Positions 1 to 10,086 are shown, numbered from the stretch's first letter. The stretch: 64,000 nucleotides of DNA from Deltaproteobacteria bacterium (GCA_040218735.1 JAVJQW010000008.1:192001-256000); one strand, 5' to 3'. Notes: generated by a model from the letters alone, not told the origin. A program made the numbers and translations.

Positions 1-104
1 CGGTGCGCGGTCGACGCGGCGCGCGCGGTGAGCGCCGAGCGCGTGAGGTACCAGGGCACGACGGCGGCGCCGAGCCCGGCCTTGAGGAAGCTGCGGCGGT
101 TCAT
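1..104 (-). CDS. 5' end of a Tat-exported protein, probably DUF1552 family (runs off the window)
   Basis: ATG at 104 overlaps the stop of the upstream gene (ATGA). Translates MNRRSFLKAGLGAAVVPW..., a twin-arginine signal. DUF1552 is the usual partner of DUF1592/DUF1588 genes. Not in the ORF track. Confidence 0.65.
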   Translation of the reverse strand, partial: MNRRSFLKAGLGAAVVPWYLTRSALTARAASTAH

Positions 105-2296
105 GGCGCCCTCCGCCGGACGAAGGCGTCGTCCGCGACGATGTCGAGTAACAGGTCCCGCACGTTGCGGCCGTTGGCGCGGAATCGATCCGCGATTGCG
201 GCGATCGTGCAGGCATCCGCGTCTTCGTTCGTCTGGCCGGTCTGGTAGCGCCACACCTGCGTGGTGAAACACGTCGCGACGCGGTCGGACGCGGCGAGCG
301 CCTGCGCGAGGCCTTCGAGATCTGCGAAGTCGGTGGCGGTGCCGTCGCCGAACGCCTCCACGTCCTCGAGGGCGCCCGTCGTGTCGATCGGGTGGCCGTT
401 TTCTTCGGTGCGCGGACGACCGACGGTGTCGAACGTCTCGAACGCGAAGCCGACCTCGTCGAGGTAGCGGTGGCACGCGTGGCAGCGCGGGTTCTCGGAG
501 TGCTGCGCGAAGCGCTCGCGGGTCGTGGCGTTCGGGTCGACGTTCGGCACGCCCCCCGCGTCCGGCGGCGGGACGCCGAAGGCCTGGCAGAGGATCCGCT
601 CGCGGACGAGCTTGCCACGGAGGATCGGCGACGTCTGATCGGAGTGCCCGTACGACGCGAGCACACTGCCGTGCGCGAGGACGCCCGCGGCGGGGCGCGC
701 GACTTGTTCGCCGTCGAAGTCGCGGCCGTGGAACGCCGCGAGCGTCGCGTCCTGGAAGCCGAAGTCCGCGGTGAGGAGGGTGTCGAGGTCGCCGTCGGAG
801 TCGAGCGCGACGTCCGTGAAGAACCTCCGTGTGGAGGCGAGCATCGACGCGCGCACCTCGGGGCTGAAGTCGCCGTAGGTGGCCGGTTGTTTGTCGACGG
901 TCATCACCCGTTCGGCGCCGAGCCACGCGGTGGCGAAGCGGCCGAGGGAGACCTCCGCGCGTGGGTCGTCGAGCATCCGGTTCGCTTCGGCGCGACGCAC
1001 GGCGGGATCGAGCAGCGTGCCGTCCGCCGCGTGAGCGAGGAGGGCCTCGTCCGGAGGCGAGGACCACAGGAAGTAGGCGAGGGCCGACGCGACCTCGTAG
1101 GCGTCGAGGGCGAAGTCGTCGCCGTCGGCCTGGCCGAGCTCGGTGCGGTAGAGGAAACGCGGCGACGCGAGCATCACGCGCACGGCGTCGGCGACGCCGG
1201 CTTCGAACGTCTCGGCGCCGCGGATGAGCGCCGCGAAGCGTTCGATCTCCTCAGTAGAAAGCGGTCGCCGGAACGCGCGTGCGCCGAAGCGCTCCACGAA
1301 GGTGTTCGCGCAAGCGTCGCTCGGTGCGCAGGTGATCCAGTCGTCGAGCCTATCCACGACGCGCGCGGCGAGCGCCGCCGTCGCGTTGAAGTGTTCGGTG
1401 ACGTGGACCGGCGTGACGACCGCCGAGTCCGCGTGGTCGTCGAACGGGAAGTGGTCGGGGCGGATCTCCGCGGGGAGGCCGCGGTACGGATCTTCGGCCG
1501 CCGGAGCGTTCGTGCAGTCGATGGTGATCTGCGAGTTGAACCCGCCGAACCCGTCGGGCGCGCGCTCGGAGGCGTTCGGATCCTCGAGCCACGTGCCGTC
1601 GACCACGAGTTTGTAGGTGTGCGCGCCGTCGGCGAGCACGCGCTCCAGGACAAACGCGCCGCGGAGCTCCGACCAGGTCATCGGCCAGCCGCCCTCGGCT
1701 TCCGTCGCAGCCCAACCGTTGAAGCTGCCCGCGACGATCACCGTCGAGCCGCGCGCGCCTTGGAACGTGAAGCGATGGGTCCCGCACGCGGTCGTCGGTG
1801 CGAGCGCGGCGACGGTGCGGCGCAGCTCGTGTCGTGTGAGCAGTCGGATGCGGCGCGGCGCAAACCTCGTCTCGGCGTTCGCGCAGGTCGACTCGACGAC
1901 GGGGGCGATCGTGTCGAGGGCGTCGAAGATCGTCTTCGCGCACGCGCGGTCGCAGGCCTCGGGGCGGCCGACCGGCATGCGTGTCTCCACGGCGTCGAGG
2001 AACGCGGTCTCGCCGCGGGCCCACCCGGCGAGGATCGGTGCGACGCCGCCGGTCCCGGCGGGGCCGTGGCAGGTCGCGCACTGCATCGCGTACAGCTCGG
2101 GGCCGGTGGCGTTCGGCGGCGGGTCGGGGATGGGGGCCACCGTCGGCGGCGGGTTGGTCTCGCGGCGCGGGGCGGTCGCGTCCGGACGTGGACAGGCCGT
2201 CACCATCAGGGTGACCGACCCGACCAAGGCTGACCACGAACCGCTCCGCACCCGCGTCTGTCGTCGCCCCCGCGACGACCCGAGCAGCATAGTCAC
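101..2296 (-). CDS. DUF1587/1595/1592/1588/1585 (PSD/PSCyt) cytochrome c lipoprotein with an inserted CBM48/glycogen-binding domain
   Basis: Lipobox-like VTAC. Heme motifs CATCH and CHACH. Family motifs RLLTRxE, RAFRRP, SPRFLYR, LAYFLWSSPPDE, SPILRG. Insert VAGSFNGW...YKLVVDGTW. Confidence 0.85.
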   Translation of the reverse strand: MTMLLGSSRGRRQTRVRSGSWSALVGSVTLMVTACPRPDATAPRRETNPPPTVAPIPDPPPNATGPELYAMQCATCHGPAGTGGVAPILAGWARGETAFLDAVETRMPVGRPEACDRACAKTIFDALDTIAPVVESTCANAETRFAPRRIRLLTRHELRRTVAALAPTTACGTHRFTFQGARGSTVIVAGSFNGWAATEAEGGWPMTWSELRGAFVLERVLADGAHTYKLVVDGTWLEDPNASERAPDGFGGFNSQITIDCTNAPAAEDPYRGLPAEIRPDHFPFDDHADSAVVTPVHVTEHFNATAALAARVVDRLDDWITCAPSDACANTFVERFGARAFRRPLSTEEIERFAALIRGAETFEAGVADAVRVMLASPRFLYRTELGQADGDDFALDAYEVASALAYFLWSSPPDEALLAHAADGTLLDPAVRRAEANRMLDDPRAEVSLGRFATAWLGAERVMTVDKQPATYGDFSPEVRASMLASTRRFFTDVALDSDGDLDTLLTADFGFQDATLAAFHGRDFDGEQVARPAAGVLAHGSVLASYGHSDQTSPILRGKLVRERILCQAFGVPPPDAGGVPNVDPNATTRERFAQHSENPRCHACHRYLDEVGFAFETFDTVGRPRTEENGHPIDTTGALEDVEAFGDGTATDFADLEGLAQALAASDRVATCFTTQVWRYQTGQTNEDADACTIAAIADRFRANGRNVRDLLLDIVADDAFVRRRAP

Positions 2297-2373
2297 TCAG
2301 CCGTGAGTTACGATTCGACAGGTGGCGGATGGGACGCGCGACCACACTCGAACATTGAGTATCCTGCGGGACG

Positions 2374-3372
2374 TTGGACTACGGCGAGCTGCGGCGGATC
2401 GGCTTCGATCTCGACGGGGACCCGGGCCCGCCGATCGACCCGGCGGGGAAACACATCCTCCTCGTGTACCTGTTTCCGGCGCTCGGTGACGCCGTGCTGT
2501 TGGCGCCGGTGGCGCGGGCGCTGCTCGACGCCGGGGCCGAGGTCGACGTGTTGCTCCGCCCGAGCGGGGCGCGGATCTGGCGTCACGTCGACCTGCCGGT
2601 GCGGGTCATCGAGGTCGGTGACCCGCTCGACGCCGACTACGACGTGGCGGTCGACCTCACCCGTCGCTTCGACGCGGACGGGCGTCCGCACCTGGCCCGA
2701 GCGCCGGTGCGGCTCGGTTGGATGGGGGAGGACGAGCCGAACCCGCCGCCGGGCCTGACGTTCGGGACGGTCGATCACCGCATCCAGGCGGACCGGCACT
2801 GGTCGCGGCTGCAGATGCTCCCGCTCCGTTGCTTCGGCGTGAAGGAGCCGATCTTCGACGTCCCGTTCCGCATCGACGACGCGGCGCGCGCCGCGGCGGA
2901 CGCGATGTGGACCTCGAAGCCGCGCGTCCTCGTGGTGCCCGGCTCGCGTGAAGCGCGCAAGCTCTGGCGCCCGAACGCGTACGCGATCGCGGGCGGCGCG
3001 CTGCGCGAAGACGGCGCCAGCCTCGTCGTCGTCGGTGCGCCGGCGGAGGCGGATCGGATCGAGGAGGTGGCGGATCGGATCGGTGCGCCCACGTACACCG
3101 GTTCGGATCTCGGGCAGCTCCTCGCGTTGGTGCAGGGCGCGGACATCGTGCTGACGAACGACACTGGGCCGCTCCACCTCGCGTACCTGAGCGACGTGCC
3201 GACGGTGGCGGTCTTCACGCAGATGCCGACCGTCGCGTGGGGCCCGCCGCACCGCACGGAGCGGCACATCGTGATTCGCGTGGACGCGGCGGTGGAGCAG
3301 GCGTCGGACGCGATGTGCGGCGACGCGCTGGCGAACGCGGTGCGCGCGTTGCTGGCGCGGGTCGAGTCCTGA
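2374..3372 (+). CDS. Glycosyltransferase family 9 (heptosyltransferase-like)
   Basis: ALGDAVL, KLW and TNDTGPLHLA motifs of GT9. Confidence 0.85.
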   Translation: MDYGELRRIGFDLDGDPGPPIDPAGKHILLVYLFPALGDAVLLAPVARALLDAGAEVDVLLRPSGARIWRHVDLPVRVIEVGDPLDADYDVAVDLTRRFDADGRPHLARAPVRLGWMGEDEPNPPPGLTFGTVDHRIQADRHWSRLQMLPLRCFGVKEPIFDVPFRIDDAARAAADAMWTSKPRVLVVPGSREARKLWRPNAYAIAGGALREDGASLVVVGAPAEADRIEEVADRIGAPTYTGSDLGQLLALVQGADIVLTNDTGPLHLAYLSDVPTVAVFTQMPTVAWGPPHRTERHIVIRVDAAVEQASDAMCGDALANAVRALLARVES

Positions 3373-3432
3373 GCGGCGCTTGACGCAGCGCACGACGCGA
3401 CCATCCAAGGGGGCGCAAAGGATCGAACGAAC

Positions 3433-4551
3433 GTGCCCAGGGATCTCTACGAAACGCTCGGTGTGTCGCGCACGGCGTCGGCCGCCGAGATCAAGAAGGC
3501 GTACAAGCAGCTCGCGCGGAAGTACCACCCCGACAAGAACCAGGGGGACGCTGCGGCGGAGGCGCGCTTCAAGGAGATCGGTTCTGCGTACGAGGTCCTC
3601 GGCGACGAGGACAAACGCAAGCTCTACGACGAGTTCGGCGAGGACGCCGAAAAGCTCGGCTTCGACGCCGAGAAGGCCCAGGCCTACCGCGCTTACTCCG
3701 CGGGTGGCGGAAACGGCTTCCCCGGCGGCGGTTTAGCGGGTGGCGTCGACCTCGGCGACATCTTCTCCGATCTGTTCGGAGGCGGCGGCGGCTTCGGCGG
3801 CTTCAACGGTCGCCGGCCCGCGCCGCGCCAGGGCGCGGACGTCACCACCGAGCTCACCGTCGACTTCGTCGACGCGATAAGCGGGACCAAGCCCACGATC
3901 GAGATCGACAAACCCGTCGCCTGCGGAACGTGCTCCGGATCGGGGCGCGCGGGCGCCGCGACGACCTGCGCGGGGTGCGGCGGCTCCGGTCGCGCGAACG
4001 TCGCGCACGGGCCGGTCCAGGTGCAGGCCGCGTGTCGGTCGTGCGGCGGGAGCGGACGCAGCGCGCCCGCGTGCTCGACGTGTCGCGGCTCTGGCCAAAC
4101 GACGAAGCGCACGAAGCTCACGGTCAACATCCCGCCCGGCGTCGAAGACGGCCAGAAGATCCGCCTCGCCGGCCAGGGCGCGCCCGGTCGCAACGGCGGT
4201 CCCGCGGGGCACCTGTTCATCCAGGTTCGCGTCCGCCCGCACGCGCTGTTCGAGCGCCGCGGACGGAACCTCGAGTACACACTCCCGATCACCGTCGGTG
4301 AGGCGATGCTCGGCGCCGAGATCGACGCCCCCACCCTCGACGGCCGCGTGAACCTCCGCATCCCGCCGAACGCGCAGTCCGGGCAGAAGCTCCGGCTACG
4401 CGGCAAGGGCGTGCCCGCGTCGAAGAAGGACGCCGCGGGTGACTTGTTCGTGCGCCTGTCGGTGGTGGTGCCGAAGGCCGGGACGGACGAGGCGAAGAAA
4501 CTCGCCGCCGCCATCGACGCGCTCTACGACGAGGACGTTCGCACGGCCTGA
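3433..4551 (+). CDS. dnaJ: DnaJ molecular chaperone
   Basis: J-domain with HPD, G/F-rich region, four CxxCxGxG repeats, DnaJ C-terminal domain. Confidence 0.92.
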   Translation: MPRDLYETLGVSRTASAAEIKKAYKQLARKYHPDKNQGDAAAEARFKEIGSAYEVLGDEDKRKLYDEFGEDAEKLGFDAEKAQAYRAYSAGGGNGFPGGGLAGGVDLGDIFSDLFGGGGGFGGFNGRRPAPRQGADVTTELTVDFVDAISGTKPTIEIDKPVACGTCSGSGRAGAATTCAGCGGSGRANVAHGPVQVQAACRSCGGSGRSAPACSTCRGSGQTTKRTKLTVNIPPGVEDGQKIRLAGQGAPGRNGGPAGHLFIQVRVRPHALFERRGRNLEYTLPITVGEAMLGAEIDAPTLDGRVNLRIPPNAQSGQKLRLRGKGVPASKKDAAGDLFVRLSVVVPKAGTDEAKKLAAAIDALYDEDVRTA

Positions 4552-4554
4552 GCT

Positions 4555-5424
4555 CTAATCTCCCGGGACGCCGTCGACGTCCATCCACCACGGCGTCTCA
4601 CCCTCGTACGGAGGGAGCGCGTAGAGCCGTCGAAGCGCGTCGAGCACGGCGCCGTGATAGATGGTTGCGTGGGTGTCCGTCGCGGCGCGATCCGCGTGGG
4701 TCACCTTCAACCCTTCGGGTTTGGTCTCGGCGAGCGCGGCGAGGAACAGGTCGGTGCCGACCTTCATCGCGCCACCCTCGTCGGCGGTCGCGATGTACAG
4801 TCGGCGATCCGAAGCCCCGTGCTCCGCGAGCTTCGCCGATGCCTCGCGCGCCACGCGTCGGGCGTCCCACCATAGGCTCGGTGAGATCGCGAGGTAGTCG
4901 TCGAACGCGTCCGGAGCGTCGAGGAACGTGTCGACGACGAACAGGCCGGCCAAGCTCTCCCCGACGAGGACACGACGTTTGCCGGTTCGGTATCGCGCCT
5001 CGACGAATGGTCGAACCTCGTCGAGGATGAAGCGACGAAACTCGGCGGCGCCGCCCGCTTTCGGAAACCCCTTTCGAAAACGGGGGTCCTCAGGAGGTGG
5101 CGTCAGCTCGTGCTGGCGATCCTTGGTCTGAATGCCGACCACGACGAACGTCTCGTACGTCCAAGAGAGCGCGCCCAGGTGAGCGAGACCGGCGATGTGT
5201 TCGAAGTCCTGATCGAGCGCACCGTCGAGGAGGTAGATCGTGCCGTGTATCGGCCGCCCCTCCTCGTAGCCCGGTGGCACCCAGACGTTGATCTCCCGCG
5301 CGTCGCCGAGGATCGCGGTCGTCAGCGCGTGCGTTTCGCCGATGACGATGGGCTTCGTATTCGAACCGGACGTGGCACATGCGAGCAGGCCTGTGGACAG
5401 GAGCGGTAGGAGTTGGCGGATCAC
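4555..5424 (-). CDS. Alpha/beta hydrolase lipoprotein (IroE/Fes-like putative esterase)
   Basis: Lipobox LLAC, YLLDG, nucleophile motif GESLAG, SPSLWW, catalytic His in THATI. Confidence 0.85.
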   Translation of the reverse strand: MIRQLLPLLSTGLLACATSGSNTKPIVIGETHALTTAILGDAREINVWVPPGYEEGRPIHGTIYLLDGALDQDFEHIAGLAHLGALSWTYETFVVVGIQTKDRQHELTPPPEDPRFRKGFPKAGGAAEFRRFILDEVRPFVEARYRTGKRRVLVGESLAGLFVVDTFLDAPDAFDDYLAISPSLWWDARRVAREASAKLAEHGASDRRLYIATADEGGAMKVGTDLFLAALAETKPEGLKVTHADRAATDTHATIYHGAVLDALRRLYALPPYEGETPWWMDVDGVPGD

Positions 5425-5467
5425 TTCGCGGGCATAGGTCGTCGTTGGGCGCGGAGCAACCGTGGGT

Positions 5468-6283
5468 CTACGTGTCGCCGTCGATCCACGCTTGCCAGTC
5501 GTCGTCGGGTTCGGGGGCGAGCCAGTAGGTCGTGTCGTCGCGGATCTTCGTCGCGTTCGGGGGCGTGGCGATCGTGACGCCGCCGCTCCAGAAGCTCTCG
5601 AGCGTTCCCGTCTCGAACTCGGCGCCGAGGATGCCGACGTCGGCGCGGAGCGCGACGGTGGGCCAGAACTTCGTCTCGTTCTTCAGCAGGTGGATGTACG
5701 GGCGGTCGACGTGCAGCTCGAAGCGGATCGTGTCGTTGACGAGGTCGCGGCGCACGACGGTGCCGATGGTGAGGCCGCGGTAGTAGATCGGCGCGCCCGG
5801 TTGGATGCCGTGGGTCTGCTTCGCGAACAACAGGTAGCGCTGGCCGGCGCGGTCGGCGGCGACGGCGGGGGCTTCGGGCAACATGTCGAACTCGGTCTGC
5901 TCCGGGCCTTCGCCGGGATCGACCGTGACATAGGCGCCGGAGCGCAGCGCTTCGAGCCCGCGGACGCGGCCGACTTCGAGCTTCGGTGTGACGACCCAGA
6001 ACTTCGACCCCTCGCGTGCGAGCTGTTCGGCCCAACGCTCGATCGTGACCTCGACCTTCACTTCGGAGGCTTCGGGGTCGAGGCGGATGTCGGTGACGCG
6101 GCCGCACTCCACGCCGCGGTAGCGCAGCTTCGAGACGTCGACTTCGAGGCCCGCGTTTCGGTCGGCGCGAAGCACGAGCGTGGCGCCCTTGGAACGCACC
6201 TCGCGGATCAGGAGGAACGCGGCGGCGATCGCCGCGATGACGGGCATGAGCCAGGGCAACAAGCGGGAGGATTTGATGGTCAC
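5468..6283 (-). CDS. PqiB/MlaD (MCE domain) protein
   Basis: GTG at 6283 overlaps the pqiA stop. N-terminal WLMP TM segment, YRGVECGRV, FWVVTP, SGAYV, and a second MCE-like GAPIYYRGLTIG. Confidence 0.85.
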   Translation of the reverse strand: MTIKSSRLLPWLMPVIAAIAAAFLLIREVRSKGATLVLRADRNAGLEVDVSKLRYRGVECGRVTDIRLDPEASEVKVEVTIERWAEQLAREGSKFWVVTPKLEVGRVRGLEALRSGAYVTVDPGEGPEQTEFDMLPEAPAVAADRAGQRYLLFAKQTHGIQPGAPIYYRGLTIGTVVRRDLVNDTIRFELHVDRPYIHLLKNETKFWPTVALRADVGILGAEFETGTLESFWSGGVTIATPPNATKIRDDTTYWLAPEPDDDWQAWIDGDT

Positions 6284-6774
6284 GGGGTCACTCCTTGGGC
6301 GTCGGCGGCGGCGCGGAGGTTCTGGGTCGCGATGATCGTCAGCACCACCACCGCGGCGAACGCGAAGATGCCGGCGCGCGGCACGATGTAAGTGAGGTCG
6401 CCGAAACGAACGACGGAGATCGCGACGGCGAGCAGGAACACGTCGAGCATCGACCACGGTCCGATGCGCTCGAGGAACGCCAGACCGCGACCGACGAGCT
6501 TGGGTGAAGTGTCACGACCGAGCGCGACCGAAACCCAGAAGACACCGACGATCTTGATGAGCGGGATGACCATGCTCGCGATGAACACGATCGCCGCGAG
6601 GGTCATCTCGGACGCTTCGACGAGCTCGATGACGCCGGCCCAGATCGTCATCTCTTGCTGACGTCCGAAGCTCGCGTGCTCGAAGATCGGGAGCAGGTTC
6701 GCCGGCACGTAGAGGAGCAGCGCCGAGAGCGCGAACGCGGTCGCGTAGCTACGTCGTGTTCGCGCGTCCGCCAT
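6280..6774 (-). CDS. pqiA: Paraquat-inducible protein A family membrane protein
   Basis: YVPANLLP, FIASMVIP and IGPWSMLDVF motifs. ATG at 6774. Confidence 0.85.
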   Translation of the reverse strand: MADARTRRSYATAFALSALLLYVPANLLPIFEHASFGRQQEMTIWAGVIELVEASEMTLAAIVFIASMVIPLIKIVGVFWVSVALGRDTSPKLVGRGLAFLERIGPWSMLDVFLLAVAISVVRFGDLTYIVPRAGIFAFAAVVVLTIIATQNLRAAADAQGVTP

Positions 6775-6787
6775 CGGCACCAACGAG

Positions 6788-6803
6788 AGCAAGGCGTGTG
6801 CCG
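6788..6803 (-). promoter_or_regulatory. Sigma54 (-24/-12) promoter of pqiAB
   Basis: Minus strand CGGCACACGCCTTGCT (GG-N10-GC), 13 nt before ATG 6774. Confidence 0.65.
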
Positions 6804-6961
6804 CGCCCTCGGCGGTGTGGATGGCGCGCCGGATCGTGGCAGATCACCACGCGCGCGGCGTCCTGGTGGGATCCTGTTCTTCCTACGGTCCTTTCGCACT
6901 CGGCCGGGTGCACTCGTCGATGCAGTGCACACGATCTCGCCCTGAAAACGCCTGATTTGCC

Positions 6962-6977
6962 TGGCCTCTCGTTTGCT
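6962..6977 (+). promoter_or_regulatory. Sigma54 (-24/-12) promoter of the JAMM-domain gene
   Basis: TGGCCTCTCGTTTGCT (GG-N10-GC), 13 nt before ATG 6991. Upstream inverted repeat GTGCACT-N9-AGTGCAC at 6908-6930. Confidence 0.55.
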
Positions 6978-6990
6978 CTGGCTGCGCGCC

Positions 6991-9900
6991 ATGTCGGCCA
7001 TCCGCTTCATCACCCAGATGCAGACCTTCACGCAGACCATCGTCGAGACCGTCGTCGACGCGCTGGGCAACGTGTCCACGGATACGTTCATCCAGACCGA
7101 AGAGCGCCCCGTCGAGGTGCCCGTCGTGGTGCCGGACGAAGCCGACGTCGAAACCACCGACGATCCCCCCGAGCTCGACGATGAGCGCCGCGAAGAGATC
7201 GCCGAAGAGGTCGCCGCGCTCGACCGTGTGCAGGACGGCGTCGAGTACCTCTTCGACCCGGAGCTCACCCCCGACGAAGCCGCCTACGCCACCTCGCTGA
7301 TGCTCGACCGCTGGCCGCCTGGTGAGTCTTCCGGCACCTACCTCACGCTCCAGCTCGGCGACCTCGCGGCCACGTGGCCCGAGGGCGGCGAAGCGGTCCT
7401 CGGCATGCTCGCCGAGCGTGCTCTGGATCCCGACGAGACGCTCCACACCGGCGAGCTCGCCGCCGCGGCGTTGAACCTCGCGAGCACCGATCCGACGCTC
7501 GCCGCCGCGCTGATCGACGACGTGGGCGATGCATGGCCTGCGTTCGTCGCGACACTCGGCATGGACGTCCCCGCGGACGCCGGCTTCGACGACCCGCGTA
7601 TGCGGAACGTCGGCTCGCGCATCATGGAGGTGACGGCGTTCCTGGAGACCGTGCAGAGCCTCCCGCCGTCCGAGGGGCAGGCGCTCGCCGTGTTCTCGAT
7701 CTTCCAGGGCGCCGGTCCCCTCGCCTGGGGCTCGAGTGACTTCCGCACGCAGATGGGCCACGCGCTCGCCGGTGTCATGGCGCTCGGCGACGCGGAGCTC
7801 GCGGCGCAGGAGGGAGAGCGGATGGCCGCGTTGTTGTCGCAGCCCGACATCGCGGAGGCGCTCGAAGTGGCGACACCGGCGGAGCGCGAACAGCTCGTCG
7901 TCACGTTGCTGTCCCGCCCCGGCCTCACCGCGGAGCTCCTCGACGAGCACCATGGGAACCTCGCCACGGCGATCGCGTTCGTCGATCTCGGCCAGCTCAA
8001 CGATCAGCTCACCGGGCCGTTCATCGCCGGCGAGACGCTGGGCCTCCCCGACGAGACCGCGCTCGCGTCACCGGGCGACCTCGAGGACCACCCCGCGATC
8101 GCGGCGCTCGGGGATCCGGCGACGGTGGCGGACATCGAGGCCGCCGTGCTCGCGGGGGAGCTCGACGCGGCCGACGCCGCGGCGTACATCCGTTCGCTCG
8201 CCGCGGAGTCGACACGCATCGGTGATCCGGACCTGACGAACTACGGGGCCAACGCCTTCACCGCTGCGGCCATCGAGTTCTTCAACGGCGGCAACCCGAT
8301 CGAGAAGTCGAACGTCGATGACCTCGCCAACCGCGACGCGGAGCAGCTCCTCGCGCTCGCAGACGCGATCGAGGCGAGCGACGATCCGCGGTTCATCGCC
8401 GAGGCGCTCGTGGCCGGATCGATTCAGCACGCGTCCTTCGAAGGTGCGCTCGAGCCGTACGTCGGCGTCATCAACGAGATGGCGCAGACGACGCAGCGCA
8501 ACCGCGTCCTCACCATGATGGCGGTTGGCATCGCGGCGAGCCTCGTGTTGCCCGCCGCGGCCGCCGCGGGCCTCCCGGCGTTTGGCGCCACCGGCACGAT
8601 CTTCGGCGTGGGTGTGACCGGATCGCCGTTCCTGTCGGGGCTCGTCGTCGGTGGCACTTCGGGGGTGTTGAGCACGACGATGAACGCCGCGTTCCAGTAC
8701 GAGGGCACCGGCGAGATCAGCTGGGGGCACGCCATCGCGGGCGGCACCATCGACGGGCTGACCGGCTTCTTCGGCGCGACGGTCGCGGCGCGCGCGATGT
8801 CGCAAGGGTACGGACTCGTGCGGGCGGTCGGACCCGCGGTGGGCATCGACGCGGCGGGTGGCTTCGGCAGCTACGTCCTCGGAACGCCGGGCGCGCTCGA
8901 AGGCATCCTCGCGCTCGACGAAGACCACGTCCTCGGCGCGCTCGCGCAGACGGGGATCAGCGCGTTCCTTTCGATGGGGTTCAACGGGGTCACGTACCGC
9001 GTGCAGCTCGGCGACCCGCCCGCGATCGGCGTGCCGCGTGACTACGACACCAACGCCAACACGATCGCGAACCTGTTGGATCCGGCGGCCTCGAACGGCG
9101 TCTTCGACGGGACGGTTCCGATCCTCGGTATGGACGGCAACCCGATCGACGTCGCCACACTCGCCGCGCGCGACTACGAGAGCTTCTTCACCGTCTACCA
9201 AAACGACGCCGGCGATCTCCTCGTGCAGGAGGTCGCCCGGGCGCGGCCGGGGACGCCGCTCGCGCTCGAGCCCTTCGACGCCATCAACGGCGTGGCGCGC
9301 AACGCACCCGGCGACGGCTGGACGCCGATCGGCAGCTTCCACAATCACCCGTCCGGAACGGGCATCGCCTCCAACGGCGACCTCGCGGTCGATCCGATCT
9401 TCCGCGGCGAGATCGGCGACGGATTCGCGAGCTTCGTGTTCACCGGCGACGGCGCGACGCCGATCGTCAGCGAGGCTCCGCCGACTACGCTCCTCGACGC
9501 GTACCAGGCGGGGACGCTGCAGCCGTTCACGGACGTCGAGCCGACCGAGGCGGATCTCGCCGAGCTCGCCACGCTCTTCGAGCGGTTGGGCGACGGGTCG
9601 CTCTACATGGCGTCCATCCCCACGGCGCCGAACACTTGGATGACGGTCGGGCCGCCGCTGGATTCGCGGATCACGGGCGTGCTCCCGCGCGACGTGAGTT
9701 ACCTGTCGCTCGACTTCATGCCGGGCGGTCGTACGAGCGCACCGACCACCGAGGCCGAGGCGATCGCGGCGGGCAACGAGTTCGCCTGGATCGTTCGCAC
9801 GGTCCTCGACGCGGCGCCCGACGACTTCGATCCGAACACGGTCATCGTCTCGAACTCGACGAACGCCACGATGGCGGACTACGCGAGCCGGGTGCTCGGT

Positions 9901-10029
9901 ATGAACGTCATCGACCTCGGGGAGGGCCGCTTCGCGGTGTGGACCACGCTCGGCGAGCTCCGCGACCACATCGCGCAGCCGCCGATCTCGCGGATCCTCG
10001 ATCGTCAGGCGAGTCGCTTCATTCCGTAG
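6991..10029 (+). CDS. Large acidic signal-less protein with a Gly-rich hydrophobic region and a JAB/MPN+ (JAMM) domain
   Basis: HNHPSGTGIASNGD matches HxH-x7-S-x2-D (9340-9381), with an upstream Glu in RDYE. Hydrophobic Gly/Ala segments at about 8500-9000. Start ATG 6991 preferred over TTG 6973. Confidence 0.7.
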   Translation: MSAIRFITQMQTFTQTIVETVVDALGNVSTDTFIQTEERPVEVPVVVPDEADVETTDDPPELDDERREEIAEEVAALDRVQDGVEYLFDPELTPDEAAYATSLMLDRWPPGESSGTYLTLQLGDLAATWPEGGEAVLGMLAERALDPDETLHTGELAAAALNLASTDPTLAAALIDDVGDAWPAFVATLGMDVPADAGFDDPRMRNVGSRIMEVTAFLETVQSLPPSEGQALAVFSIFQGAGPLAWGSSDFRTQMGHALAGVMALGDAELAAQEGERMAALLSQPDIAEALEVATPAEREQLVVTLLSRPGLTAELLDEHHGNLATAIAFVDLGQLNDQLTGPFIAGETLGLPDETALASPGDLEDHPAIAALGDPATVADIEAAVLAGELDAADAAAYIRSLAAESTRIGDPDLTNYGANAFTAAAIEFFNGGNPIEKSNVDDLANRDAEQLLALADAIEASDDPRFIAEALVAGSIQHASFEGALEPYVGVINEMAQTTQRNRVLTMMAVGIAASLVLPAAAAAGLPAFGATGTIFGVGVTGSPFLSGLVVGGTSGVLSTTMNAAFQYEGTGEISWGHAIAGGTIDGLTGFFGATVAARAMSQGYGLVRAVGPAVGIDAAGGFGSYVLGTPGALEGILALDEDHVLGALAQTGISAFLSMGFNGVTYRVQLGDPPAIGVPRDYDTNANTIANLLDPAASNGVFDGTVPILGMDGNPIDVATLAARDYESFFTVYQNDAGDLLVQEVARARPGTPLALEPFDAINGVARNAPGDGWTPIGSFHNHPSGTGIASNGDLAVDPIFRGEIGDGFASFVFTGDGATPIVSEAPPTTLLDAYQAGTLQPFTDVEPTEADLAELATLFERLGDGSLYMASIPTAPNTWMTVGPPLDSRITGVLPRDVSYLSLDFMPGGRTSAPTTEAEAIAAGNEFAWIVRTVLDAAPDDFDPNTVIVSNSTNATMADYASRVLGMNVIDLGEGRFAVWTTLGELRDHIAQPPISRILDRQASRFIP

Positions 10030-10086
10030 TGATTCGCGGCGCGGTCGTCGGTTGCGCGTTCGGGCCCGCGTCGGTATCGGGGGCGG

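Noticed and set aside
3379-3406. CTTGAC...CCAT heat-shock-like promoter or CIRCE before dnaJ
   Set aside because: Weak -10 match and no TTAGCACTC-N9-GAGTGCTAA inverted repeat
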